In this document: positions 1 through 13,027 of the stretch, in pieces
How the letters are laid out: every line of letters begins with the position of its first letter
Position numbering within the stretch: the stretch's first letter is position 1
Origin: Balamuthia mandrillaris
Lineage: Eukaryota
Reading direction: 5' to 3'
DNA length: 64,000 nt
NCBI GenBank assembly: GCA_031835245.2
Contig: JAVKOQ020000027.1
Coordinates: 124,001-188,000 of the forward strand
Position numbers and translations under genes: made by a program
Notes under the pieces: model-generated
Seen by the model: the letters and a program-made list of their open reading frames with translations, nothing else
Told to the model about the DNA's origin: nothing
Databases searched by the model: none

Positions 1-1781
1 CCTGTCCAACTATCTGCCTATGATCCAAAGGATAGCAGCAGTGCCAACCATCAACCCTGCAGCTCTTCTGGACCGCATCACTCGCTATCTGAAATACACC
101 AGGTGGCAAGGAGAGGCTCATCAATGGGTGGTCGGTAACGACATCCTCTCCATCTGTCGCTGCATGCTGCTGCATCATCCTGCTAGACGCATATTCCAGC
201 CGCTGGGCGACCTTCTCCTCTTCTGCACTCGTCACTTTGACGACGTGGACATACGAGACAGAGCCCACTTTTATTATCAACTTTTGACGCATGTTTCTGC
301 TGAAAGCCTCCGAGCCATTTTATCCTCCTCTTCTTCACCCTCGACCGCCTCAAACTCTCCTGTTTTGACAAGCCAAACAAACGGAGTGTCCGCAGCAAAG
401 GCACAAGGCCCAGCGGCACCTAGCAACGATGTTATAGAATTTGCCACAGGAGAGAAGGATGGTGCCTACGTTTCCTCGCTGAAGCGCTTACCTACGTTCT
501 TATCGCTTCGTCGTGTTTCTTCTTCACAACGCAGTGCTGCACCGGTCGAAGTGAAGGACAGCTGTAATGAACCACAAAGCGTCAACACCCAACCGAAATT
601 GCAATCGGATCGAGAGGATCGAGAGGATCTCCTGTCAAGTTATTTCGCGTTTCAAGAACTGGCAACAAAGGAACCTATCATCCAGCTACCGTATGTTTTG
701 GAATATGCTCTCTCTGCAAAACAGATATCTTCTTCTTCTTCTTCTTCTTCTTCATCTTCTCCTTCGGACACTTCAAGCGATGCTCATTCCTCCTCATCTC
801 CATCTTCAAATACCATCAACAACATTACCCCCTCTTCAACCAACACAATTCCTGACAAAATATTTGCCCTTGTTCTTTCATTTTCTGAGTCGCCACTTTA
901 TGAGAACATGCCCGAAGTGCATATCCCCTTCGTTTTACCCTATCCTATGACAAACAAAAACGAAGAAAAAGCAAAAGAGGATCATTGCTCGGCTGCTTCA
1001 GTGTCATTATCAACCACCACAGACGAGGAAGAGAACATGTTCCCTTATCGTCATAACGTTACCATAGCTCTACGACCAAGAGCACCTCTACCAGTTTCAT
1101 TCCAAGTGAAAGCCACCTTTAACGACGAAGAGGGCAACCTTTGCGAGATGGATATGCAACCCATATCTCTGCACCTAGCCGACCTGTTTCTGCCCCTTTC
1201 CTTTCCCGAGTTGCTGGAGGATGTTCCTTCTCAGCAACATCGACTATGGGATCTTCTTTGGGAGAGAGTCCTACTGCCTCCTTCTGCCAGAAAGAACCAT
1301 GGTGCAAACAGAAATGGTCGTTCTAGCAGACAGGACGAATATTCCGACTATTCCTCCTCCGAAGAAGACGAAGAAGCTGAAGACAGCAGCGATGAACAAG
1401 AAGAGTGCGTTTCTTCCTTCTCCTTTTCTTTCATGACTAACACAATAGCACAATAACAGAATGGGGGCACAGTCGGTACGCTTTATCCCGTTGCCGAAAG
1501 AAGAAGTGGTATCTCTCGTAAGCATTCAACTTGGCGCTTTCGTGATCAGACCGACAACTACAACCACACAGGAAGAGGAGGAAAGGAAGGAAAAAGAGAC
1601 AAGCATGAAAGTGGCCATACGGTTAGCTCCGCGTTACCATCTTCTCCTTCGCTTTACCATCCACGAAAGCAGCACACTGGCCTACATTCGCACAGACTAT
1701 TGGCGAATACTCCCATTCTTAGATGGCTTCTTTGATGGCTTGCTTGCAAATCATGCCAACAACACCATCCTCACAAACTAA
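1..1781 (+). CDS. AP5B1: AP-5 complex subunit beta-1, 3' part (5' end outside window; short intron ~1405-1459)
   Basis: DVDIRDRAHFYYQLL motif and C-terminal LAPRYHLLLRF...TLAYIRTDYWRILPFLDGFF resemble the AP5B1 C-terminus; stop at 1781. Confidence 0.75.
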
Positions 1782-1825
1782 ATAGAGAGAAAGAAAGAGC
1801 AAGTTGAATCAACTGTATGTATGTT

Positions 1826-3261
1826 TTACTTCTTACCAAGATTTTGCATCAACTCTGTGATGTAGATTTGGTCCTGGCGATTCTTTGCTTTGCTGCGTAT
1901 CTCTTCGAGAGCGGCTGGGTCCTTCAGGTCCTTGAAGGCCACATCGGCCGCCTCCCTAAAGTACCCTATGCTCATGTACAACTCGATGCGCTCTCCCACC
2001 TCTGGCAACTTGTCTATGTAGAGTGCTGCCTCATTCGGGGCGTTCTGAGCCATACACACTTCCACGAATGGCTGTTTTGTTGTCAATTTTTCATTTCGAA
2101 GAGAGAGAGAGAGAGAGAGAAACGTACTCGATAACCGATGGGCGATTTCTTTTCCTTTGCAAAGAGAGCGAGCTGTCCCCAATCCTTGATGGCAGCGAGG
2201 GCTCTTATCTTGACCCACCAGAATCTTTTGTCCGGCACTTTAAAGTCTGCCTTGATCTTGGAAGCTTTCTTGGAGTTACCCGTCACCACCAGCTTGTAGA
2301 TAGTGTCCGTCACAGAGAGGCCCACATATTCATCTTTGCAGCTGGCCTCCAGCTCGCGTTGCAAGAGCAGCAAACGGATCTGCGTTTCGGTGGCCTTGGC
2401 TGCAAAGTTCTCTTTGGTGTCTTTGTAAAGGTTGAGGCCAACCTGCAGTCCTCTTACTCTCTTATCCAAATCCTGTCATTCGCACAAGTACCAAAAGTAA
2501 GCATAAGAGAGGGAAGATTATCTAAAACAAGATGAGTCATACTTTGTGTTGATACGCTTCCGCGATGGCGATGTTAGCGCTCTCTTGTGGTTGTCCAACC
2601 TGGTAATATATGTCCTTCAGCAGGTCCAAATCTTGTAGCTTGCAGTACGCTATGAGAAGGCTGAGAGCCATTGGCTTGTGCACCAGTATCTTGAAAAAAT
2701 CTTGCGGAGCCCGCACGCGCCGTATGTGCAACAGCACCAAATACACTGTGGCAATGCACCATTTGCAGTTAGCAACAAAAGAGGGAGGAGCGAGAGAGAG
2801 AGAGAGAGAGAGAGAGAGCATAAGAAAGAGGAACCGCACCAAGATCCGTGTCTCCACTCTCTATAGCTTTGTCCAGGGCAAGAATGTCTTCTTGCATGTG
2901 AATGAGCAACGGCACCTGGTCCGCAGCTCGTGGCTCGTAGTCTAACAACTTGGTGGCAAGCTCTGTGCGCTTGTTCTTGAACGCAGTAGAGGCTATCTCA
3001 GCATACGAAATGCCAGGCACCACTTGCAGCTTAGATACAACCTGGTCTAATATCTCTTTGTCAGAGTTGTTGGTAGTGACCTTGAGGCAAGCCCAATGCA
3101 CCAACACGTTGTCTTGCGGCAGCTTCAAGTACTCACAAACGCGAGAAGCCAACAGATGGTGGTGTCGGTTGATCAGCCGGTTGATGAGTGTCTTTGGTGT
3201 TAAGAGTCTATATCTACAATGATATGATGCATTTAGCGTGTAAGTGACGAGAGACGATGAC

Positions 3262-3295
<34 letters not shown>

Positions 3296-3758
3296 GTACT
3301 GTTGATAAGTGAGAGGCATGCCGATATCTTGTGGCTGGCGAACAGCGTTAAGCACACGTAACGCCTTGCACATGGCCACAAATGAGTCTGGCACATAAGA
3401 GTCCAAGAAGCATTTACCGAAGGAAGCCGCTTTCAAGAGCCGCTGTTGCATTGTTGGAGAGAACTCATGGCCAGCGGCTTCTATGCAAGCTTCAACCGCA
3501 TCTTGAAGTTCGTCCTTCACAGCACGTATGTTTTCATCCGCCTTAGGGCTTCCTTTCTATTTTTTGTCAGAGAGAGAAAACCAAAAGTTAAAGCTTCATT
3601 TTAACAGAGTAATTCTTCACAACAGAGATTAAATTGTGAGACGTACTTCGAAATGCATCAGTGCATCGTAAAGCAATGCCGCTGGCGCTGTGGATCCAAT
3701 CTTGAAAATTTCTTCTGTCACATCTTTTAAAGCATCCAAAGTTAGGTTTGCTCAAAGG

Positions 3759-3807
<49 letters not shown>

Positions 3808-5280
3808 GTCTGCATACTTGGTACTTTTTGTAAGAACTCGCATTTCTTGTTGGTGATGACGCGAACGCCATCACACTCAGGGATGAGGTAAAGCGGCTCA
3901 TCATAAGTGTACTTAATCCAGTCACCATGCGGTCCTACCATCAGAATACCCAAAGCAGGCCAGTACAGGAGCACAGAGTCAGTGCCGCACCACACCAACT
4001 GCTCTGGCGCACGCTTCGCATTGGTAGGAAACTCACTGAGTTTCGCGGCAAAGTCAACCGAAGTCACCCACAACACTCCTGTTGAGGCGAAGCTGGCCAG
4101 CAGCTTGCCCGTCGGCGAGACCGACATCTTCAGGAATGGCCCGGTGGAGACCAGGCGGTCATGCACGTTCTCCGCATCAACGGCTAATACCGTGCCTGTC
4201 GTGGTGGAGAGGAGCACCTCCACTCCGCCGGAGGAGGATACCTCCGGCTCTATCACGCACCAACTCGTTGGTGGATGCTCCAATTCTGTCAGTCTTTGTT
4301 AGACTCTGAAACAACCACAAGACGAAAGAAAGACGAAAGGAGGTAGTTACTGGGGTCGGCCAACTTCCTGGGACGAGGGTCATCTATGTTGGTGACGGCG
4401 TAGAGTTGGAAGCGTTTGGTCATGCAAACCAACCCTGAGGGCCATATGTGACAATCCAAGACGCCTCCCTCATCGCTGCAACCTTGTCCCAACGTAAACG
4501 TGCCAACGATCTGTCCATGGTTGCTGTACAATATAACCCCTCCTGACCTTTTGTCGCACCACCGTTATCGTTAGCAAGGAGAGAGAAGAGAACGAGAAGG
4601 CAGAGAAGGAAAAAGGAGAGGAAGCGGGAGGAGCATAATGAGTGAAGATAGAGAGAGAACGCACTCCATGACGCAAATGAGTCGTTCATCGGCGGTCCAT
4701 CCCATTTTAACAACTCTACCGCGTTCCCACTTTTTCAATATCAAAACGTGTTAGCGGCAGTGAAACAGAGAGAGAAACTGAAGAAAGAGAGAGATAGAGG
4801 GAGGAAGAGAGAGAGAGAGAGAAGGGTCACAGATCATACAAAGAAAGGGCGTAAAGGCTTTCCAGCCGATGTGAAAAGCAACGTTTGTGGCTTGAGACTT
4901 TCCTCATTCTTCAACAATAAAATCTTTCGTTCATCTCTGCTCACCGCTATTTGTTATTTTTTTTTTCCAGAGGTTAAAAGTTTTTAGCGATAAGGAAAGG
5001 AAAGCAAAGCAAAGGAAAGGGGAACAAAACCTAAAGGACCGCCAAACGGAGCGCCCACTACAGACACTTTGGACAGGTCCACGTCCCACTTCATGTCGTA
5101 GACCTCCCTCTTCCTGTAATGACGGTCGTAGAGGGGCTTCCAATCGGCCGTGGGATGGGCTTCCAAAAAGGAGGCCTCCATGCTCGTCCCCGACGAGGAG
5201 GAGCCAGCGGAGGAGGAACTCCCAAAGCCGCTGAAGCCCGCTGAAGGGCCTCCTCTTGGGCTCCCTTTGACAAACTCCAT
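1826..5280 (-). CDS. VPS16: Vacuolar protein sorting 16 (HOPS/CORVET), multi-exon
   Basis: [82 protein letters not shown] motifs across exons. Confidence 0.95.
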
Positions 5281-5664
5281 CTCTCCTCTCCTCTCCTCTC
5301 TTCTTTTCTTTTCTTCTCTTTTTTTACTTTTTACTTTTCGAAACTAATAGATTAATGAGCCTCACTTCCTATTACGTTGGATCATTAGTACTATCTAACC
5401 GCACTATACCCAATCTATGAGATGTTGTCATTGCTATGCTATTGTTTTGCTGAGTTTCAAACATATTAGGATACAATTTCTGAAGGTTTAAGCTAATAGC
5501 TATTACGTAATAGTTTCAAGGAAAAAGAAAGAAAGAAGGGTTGTCGAAGAAGAAGCAGAAGAAGAGAGAGCGTTCCTTCCTACGTCTTTTTTTTTTACGT
5601 TTGTGAAAAAAATTATCTCTTGAGCTTTGGCTCACTGTTTGCTCGTCAAAAAACTTTAACGGTC

Positions 5665-7118
5665 ATGTCAGGCGGTCTGTTTGAAACGTACATGCGTACT
5701 TCGGCGTTTGCTGCCAATTCTGTCGATGGAAATCTTTTGGATCTCTCCAAAGCAGGTTTGCAGCATTTCTTTCCTTCTCCAAACCAAATAATTATTCGAA
5801 TAGGTTAACCTTTTCATTTACTTAAAAAAAAAAAACAGGAACAGCACTCTACAAAACCAAGCTAGCCAGAGAGAAATGGCTACACGGCATGGCCCTCCTC
5901 AAAGAAGGCCGCTACGTAGAGGCCAGCGAGGAGCTCGCCGCCGCCTTCATGCAGGACGAGAAGGGCATGGTCCTCTCCCTCAGCGACGACTCTGTCAAAC
6001 GCCTCGTGGAGGAGCACCTCGAGGACAAGACCACGCTGCCGGCCGTCGTGCTGCGCTGCCTCACCGCCAGCAACGAGGCTGAGTCACTGAGTGTCCTCTC
6101 GGAGGGGGTGGAGCTCCACCCGCGTTGCGCCTACCTCCACTGGAAGCTCGGCTCGCAGTTGCCCTCCCCTCAGACCCTGGTGCGTTTGAGGTACCTCGAC
6201 CGGGCCATTCAGCTAGACCCCGAGGGCCTGCCGGAGGCGTGGATAGCGCGAGCGTTGGCCTACTTTGCGATGGGCCGCTTGAACAGCGCGTTGCAGGACT
6301 TGGTCCATTTCACGGAACACTTTTTGGAGGATGAAAAGAGCATGTCAGCGGCTTGGCTCTATCGTGCGCTGGCCCTCATTCGACTGTCTGAGCTGGCAGA
6401 GGCGCTCACCTCGGCAGCGGCTGCTCATAATCACGACCATCACTGCTGCCATCACCACCATCACTCTCATGCACTTGAGAACGGCGAACATCAACACGAA
6501 CACGAACACGAACATGAACATCATCATCATCACCATGAACACGCGGATGAACCCAAGGGGGAGGAAGAGAAAGAAAACGGAGAAGGAGCAGAAGAAAAAG
6601 GGATGGATGAGGAAGGTCGTTTGATGTCGTGCCTGGAAAAAGTGAGGAAATGCTACGAGAAAGTAGAAAGCCTCGACCCCATGCGAATGGAGTTGTGGGG
6701 TCGTCGCTCCGCCGCGGAGGAGGAGGAGTTTGCAGCACAGAAGCAGCGCGTCCGTTTGTTCATCCAACGAACGGAGAAGAAGCTGAAACGTCTGCGCAGG
6801 GCTCGCAAGAAGAACAAGCAACCGGCTGCTGCCCCAACACGAAAGCAACCCCTCCCTTCTTCCGCCTCCTCTTCTCTTGCACACCATCATCAAGGCAAAG
6901 CACACAATAACTTGAACACCAAAAACAACAAAACCGCTTTGAGCAAAGGCAAATGCGTTCAATGCCAGAAAGAGATGGAGGTGGCTGCTTTGAAGGTATG
7001 TGCTGGCTGCAAGATGGTGAACTACTGTGGAAGAGAGTGCCAACGCTCTCATTGGGCATCTCATAAGCTCATCTGTCGTCAACTTGCTGCTGCTGCCTCT
7101 GCCGCTTCATCTTCTTGA
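5665..7118 (+). CDS. TPR-like helical protein with His-rich tract and C-terminal MYND zinc finger (intron ~5756-5838)
   Basis: CVQC...CAGCKMVNYCGRECQRSHWASHKLIC MYND signature; TPR-like YLDRAIQLDP/AWIARALAYFAMG. Confidence 0.85.
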
Positions 7119-7204
7119 TGGGCTTCTCGTCATTTTTGCATCTATTTATTTTTGTTCAGTCTTCTCTTCTTCCCCTTTCCTTCCTTTTCTTCATCTTGTT
7201 CTCT

Positions 7205-7240
<36 letters not shown>

Positions 7241-7259
7241 TGAAAGTCGTGCTGCAATC

Positions 7260-9084
7260 CTAAAACTCAAAGTCACCGCGGAAGAGCTCCACATCGTACT
7301 TGAGACTCTTCTCCAACAAGTCATCTCTCTCCAACCGACTAAACACCGTCTGCAAGCTCATCCAAATGTGTTTGGCCGACGGCTGGATCGCCAAACAGGC
7401 CAAAAACTGCCTGGCGGCCTCCTCGTACATCTCCATGTTCAAATAGCTGATGCCAAGGTTCGCTCTTGCGCGCGTGTACGTCGGCTTGATCTTCAACGCC
7501 TGGTAGTAAGGACCCAAGGCCTCCTTGCTGTGGTTGCTGTTGGCCAGTGTGGCTCCCAATTTGTTCCACAGCTGATAGTCCTCTTGGCGCTGTTGGAGGG
7601 CGGTGCGGAAGCAGTCGATGGCTTTTTCGTAGTCTTGGCTGAGGTTGAAGAGGAGGCCGAGGGCGATGTGTACGTTCTCGTCGGGTTGAGTGGGGGATTG
7701 CTGGGCGGCTTCAATGAACATGTCGGTTACTGTTTCCAATGATGTCTCTCCTTTGTTTGGGATAGAAGAAAAAAGCGAAAGGAAAGAGGGAAGAACAAAA
7801 GTGAGCAATGGAGTCATAATAGAAAACAAAAAAAACTTACCATTCCATTGAGCAGAGAGGTCCTTATACCGAGGATTATTCTGAAGCCAACTCTTCAACG
7901 CATTCAACGCTTGATCTCTGTACGAGTCGTTGGTGCAAGAGACCGCTAACGACAGCAAGGCGCTCAAATTGGCAGGATCCACCTGAACGGCCTTTGTGAG
8001 GGCCATGATGGCCCGATCGTCCCTGTCGTTCTCCGCGTGAGCCTCTCCGAGCCGCCGCCATGCCTCCGTGTTGGTTGGTTCCTGTTGGGCCACAGCCTCA
8101 AAGGCCAGTATGCTCTCCGCCAGCTCCCCTCGATCAAACAGAGCGATGCCCTTGCGAAAGGCCTCTTCGGCGGGCTGTCCGCTATAGGGGTTGTTTGATT
8201 GGAACTCGTACTCGCCGAGACGGCCCCAGCCGGTGTAGGAGGGGAACATGTCTTCGAGGCCCTCAAACTCGCTAAAGTCGTAGGAATGCTGTGCTGGGGG
8301 CTTGAATTCTTCGTACTCAGACAACCAATTCTCCAATGTGTCCTGCTTTTTCAAATAAAAAACGTAAGAAAAGTAAACAACAAACTGATATTATCGTTTT
8401 CTTATTAGAAACGTTAGAAACCTTTCCAGCAGTGGAGCTGCTTGCGCCTTCCTCGGATTTGACCAAAGAGTTGCCTTCCACTGTGAGCTCTCCAGAGCCG
8501 AGCTGAGACATAAGCTCCACAAACTTGGAGCTACGGAGTTTAGGATCTTGAATGTTGGACATCCTCTGTCCCAAGCTCCGCAGTTCCTGCATCGCCTCTT
8601 CTTCTGTCAAAGAATCCAAGTAATGCGAATATTTGACCTATTTTTATAAAAGCAAAAGTTAGGTACGCAAGTCTTATAAGAAAGAGGAAAGAGGGGCATG
8701 AAGAGATAGAGGAGAAAGGAATTACTCTTTCAGACAAGCTATCTTTTACTTGATCGAATTCGTTGACCCAGCTTTCTGCTCCGACATCGTTCCACACTTG
8801 ACTAAAATCTCTGTACTGAGCTTCGTTGAAACCCTCAAATTCCTCTGCCCAACTTCTTTCTTGTGCGGCGAACCGTTCAAACTCATCGAGCCAAGGACCT
8901 CCCTCGTGCTCTCTGGGGCCATGATGGCGATGCATACCCTCAAACTCATCTGCCCATTCGTCAGCTCGTTGTTTGCCCATGAACTCTTCTGCCCATCCCT
9001 CCGACGCTGCTCCCTGTCTTTCCATTGCTCGGTGCATTCCTTTTGTTGTTTATGTTTGAATTTTATTTCCATCCGAGTCAATTT

Positions 9085-9137
<53 letters not shown>

Positions 9138-10175
9138 ATTACCTCGTGGACCTTGATTAAGTGACAAAGACTCACCGATATTTTGAAGCTGTTAAAAGAA
9201 ACAAGGAAAGAACAAGACGAGAAGGAATAACAGGATCAACGACAAGAGAATACAACGCAAGGACAACAAAATGAAAGTAAGCGTGGTACCTGTGCATTGA
9301 CATAGCCTTGCATGCCTTTGTCGGGGTTGATTTGTCTGGCGAGCACTCCTGTCCGGTTTCTGATCTTTTCCTTTTCAATTCCCGATAGGTTCAAGTCTGG
9401 CAGCTTACCTCCCATCATTCCCTGTTGTGCTCGTGAAGAGTGGATAAACGATTTGAAGAGGTGGTGCAAGTGTTGGTCTCTAGCATGAGGTGGCATGGTC
9501 CTTGGCGGTCCTTGCAGCAGGGCATCAAAATGACCAGGTCTTTCCTCTATGTATAACATTTGTGTTGAATAGATTTGTTTATTATGTGAGTGCGAGAAGC
9601 AGAGACGAGGAGGAGAAAGAGAGGGAGAGAGAAGCAGAGCAGCAGAGAAGGAGAGAAAGGTAGAAGGAGATAAGGAGGAGAAGAAAGAGAACGAGAGAAG
9701 CAAAACAAGAAAGAAGGGAAGAGATGGGGACTCATACGATCTTCTAAACTCAACTCGGAGAAGGCGTCGAGAGAAGGGTCCAAGTTGTCCAAGTTCTCCA
9801 ATCCGTCATAAAAGCCTCCAAGTTGCTGAAAACAATAATAAAGTGAGCAAACATACGCTCACACGCAAGCGAAAAGGCCAAAAAAAGAGCAACATACGTT
9901 GTGGGCGTGAGCACGAACTACTTCTTCATGTGAGGCGGAGGAAGACGCGCCACCACCAAAGACATCTTCATGAAGGCCTTCCTCTGCTGCTGCGTATTCA
10001 AACTTTTTTTCACAAAAGCTAACGTCAGTCGTGAGAGTGAGAGAGAGCACTGAAAAAAGGGGAAAAGAAAAACCTGTTGTCGTCGAGTGGTGTCATCGGT
10101 GAATTGATTGACCATCCGCATGACGGGATTTTGTTCCCCGCATTCGGTTGATCCAACAAAGTCTCTCATAGACAT
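7260..10175 (-). CDS. PEX5: Peroxisomal PTS1 receptor PEX5, multi-exon
   Basis: N-terminal conserved Cys (TECGEQNP), multiple WxxxF motifs (WAEEF, WADEF, WLDEF, WVNEF), TPR domain LWNKLGATLANS...RARANLGIS, ending FRGDFEF. Confidence 0.95.
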
Positions 10176-10516
10176 GATGTTTTTTTAAAAAAATGAAAGG
10201 CTCCTCACCAAGGGTTATTTGAATCGTTCTTGCTCTCCAGAGAAAGTAAACAACAGGAAAGGGGAAGCAGAGAGGTCTCTTTCTTTTCCTTCTTTTTTTT
10301 TGTCTGCAAATAAATTTTCGATGTTTCTGTTCACGTGTTCCATTTGTACCATTTATAGTTATAACGTCGACAGAGAGATGTCATCACGCTCGCGTCCTTG
10401 CTCACGTCCATTAATTCTCCGCGGACAAATTTGTCGACAAAAATACTGAAAACAGGAATAAATCCCACGGAAAATTGAAATTTCCAGCTCCGCTACACAA
10501 AAATAAGAAAAGAAAG

Positions 10517-11141
10517 ATGGAAGAAGAGGCAACAATGCTGGCGGAGCCCCAGGAAGAAGCGCAAGCAGCAGAAGGAGCTCCTCCAGCGAGCGAGCCGAAC
10601 TCTTCAAGCGTGAGCGCGACGGAAGCGGAAGCGGATGCCGAGGATGAGCGCAAACGCGAGCTCGCCAAACGCAAGGAAGAGCTCGCCAAAAGGCAACAAC
10701 AGGCAAGAGTAAAACGCGGCGGCTCTCCTCCCTCCTCCGCTGCCAGTGGGACAAAGGGCAAAGAAAAAGCGGACGAAGAGGCCACACCCGCGTCCACACC
10801 AGCACCAGCACCAAAGCCCAAAGTCATCCGAGAGGAACAGGTCCAAAACGCGCTCAAATTCTTGACCCACCCCAAAGTGCAGAGCTCGCCCCTCGGCAAG
10901 CGGATCGCCTTCCTGGAACACAAGGGCCTCAACGACGATGAGATCTCGGAGGCCTTGAAGCGGGCCAACGTCTCCTCCGCGGAGATCAAGGCCGCTGCCG
11001 CTGCTACCGCGGCCACCACCAGCGTGGCTGCTCCTGTCTCTTCCTCCTCGCTCCAGTCCAGTGTGCCTCTGCCTTCCCAACAACAGGGTATCCTCCTTCG
11101 TGCTTTTTCGTGTGTTTTCTCTTTTCGTTTCTTTCTCACGT

Positions 11142-11197
<56 letters not shown>

Positions 11198-11198
11198 G

Positions 11199-11241
<43 letters not shown>

Positions 11242-12464
11242 CCTCGAATCAAGTGTTGAGCCAACAGCCAGCGCTGCCACCACGACCAGCGGTAGCACCG
11301 CCACCGCCGCCGCCACCAAAGAGCGCATGGAAGGCTCACTTGTTGACTGCCGTGCTATGTCTTGGCGCAGGCAGCGCCCTTCCTCTTCTGGCCATGGTTT
11401 GTCACCATTAAGCTCCCTCTCTCGCTTCGTACGAATGATCTTTAACACACATAACAGAAATACAATGGAATGTTAGCATCATCAAAGAGAGATAACAACG
11501 GAGCTGGAAATGGAGCACTGTTGGAGGCTGCTGCTGAAAGAAAGGCAGAAGCGGAAGAGGCACAGAAGGAACGACGTATGAAGCAGGAGCTGGATGCGTT
11601 TCGCTCGAGCCAAACATCTCTCAACAATGAAATGAAGCAGGCCTTCTTAGAAATGAAGCAAATGTTCGAACAAAGTCGGAGCACAAACACCCAGCCATCC
11701 CAGCCTTCCTCTTCCTCTCCGCTTTCTCCCTCCCCCTCTTCTCCTTCCACAACATCACAAACATCCAACGAGAACAGCGTGGTGCTATCAAGAGAAGAGC
11801 TGGTAGCATTAAAGTCGGAGCTGAAGGCTTTGAAAGCGATGGTGCACGACCAACGCATGGCCGCTGCAACCATTCCCATCCCCGAAAACCCCATCAGCAA
11901 GACTCGCTCCACTCCTTCGTCTGGTGGTGGTCTCAGCAGCAGTCTTCCTTCCTGGATGATGGAGCGTAAAACATCAGCCCCTACTGTCAGCAAAAGCCAA
12001 GATACTTCTTCTTCTGGTGGCGTAGAAGAGGTTGAAAAGAAGGAAGAGGGCAAAGATGAGGACAAAGGAAAGCAAATAGAGCAAAAGGAGGAAGTTGAGC
12101 AAAACAAGACAGTTAGTCCTTCGCCCCTCAAGGTTCGAGTCTCTTCTCCCTGATTTTATCTCTCTTCTCTCCCTCTCGCACTCCACTAACAAGAATGCCA
12201 TAACTTAAAAAGCCGTATCAACGAAAGAAGGAAGCTCTTCTCCAACAAAAACAAGAGGCGTTGGCACCACCACCCACAACAACAACGGATGTGGCCTCGC
12301 CGGTATCTCCATCCTCCGAACGGAAGTACAGCTTCCCGGTCTCTCCTGCATCTGTTGCTGTACCATGGCCTTCTTCTACCGCATCTTCCACCACCACGAC
12401 GGAAGCATCAAGTCCCGCTTCGTCTGACTCTACTCCTGAACAACAAGAACAACAAGCAGAGTAA
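10517..12464 (+). CDS. PEX14: Peroxisomal membrane docking protein PEX14, multi-exon
   Basis: Pex14_N domain IREEQVQNALKFLTHPKVQSSPLGKRIAFLEHKGLNDDEISEAL, hydrophobic segment (WKAHLLTAVLCLGAG), coiled coil, LPSWM. Confidence 0.9.
11141..11240 (+). repeat. (TTTC)n microsatellite in PEX14 intron
   Basis: Direct tandem repeat visible in sequence. Confidence 0.95.
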
Positions 12465-12551
12465 AACAGTAGGAAAGCTACCTCAAAGAAAAAAAGTGTG
12501 GTTTTCATCTTATTTATTCTTTCTGTCCGTTGGTGTCCTTATGTTTACCTA

Positions 12552-12994
12552 TCACTTGGCTGATTTCTTCTTATCCTGTAAATGTTTTTGTTGGCTCACA
12601 TTTTGGGGGAGAGAGGAGGAGAAGAGAGAAGAGAGACGTACTTGAGTGGCCACCTTCCTGCGTTTGTTGGAGGCGTTAGTGGAGCTCTTCTTATCAGCGG
12701 AGGAAGAGCTGCCAGCAGAAGACCGCTTTGTTCCTTTGTTTGGTTGTTTTTGCCGCTTTCTCCGTTGCTGCTCCTCCAACTCTTGATTCTCCTTCTCTAT
12801 CATGCGAATAAGGGCGTCGCACCTTCGGCTGAGCTCGATGGGAGTGCGAGACTTGAAGAACCAGTCGAAACGGAAGAGCCATGATTTGCGGATCTCCATC
12901 TTCAACTGCTCCCAGTTGCCATAACCCAATTGATCCGTCATGCATATCTTGTTATAAGGTAGAACGGTTGAGAAAAGAAAACAACGGAGAAGAA

Positions 12995-13027
<33 letters not shown>

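Noticed and set aside
5340..5520. AT-rich spacer with 14-bp palindrome CTATTACGTAATAG (5500-5513) considered as a MITE
   Set aside because: No convincing terminal inverted repeats or TSD; more likely promoter sequence
11088..11255. Possible U12-type intron donor GTATCCTC in PEX14
   Set aside because: Mismatch to GTATCCTT and no TCCTTAAC-like branch point near the acceptor
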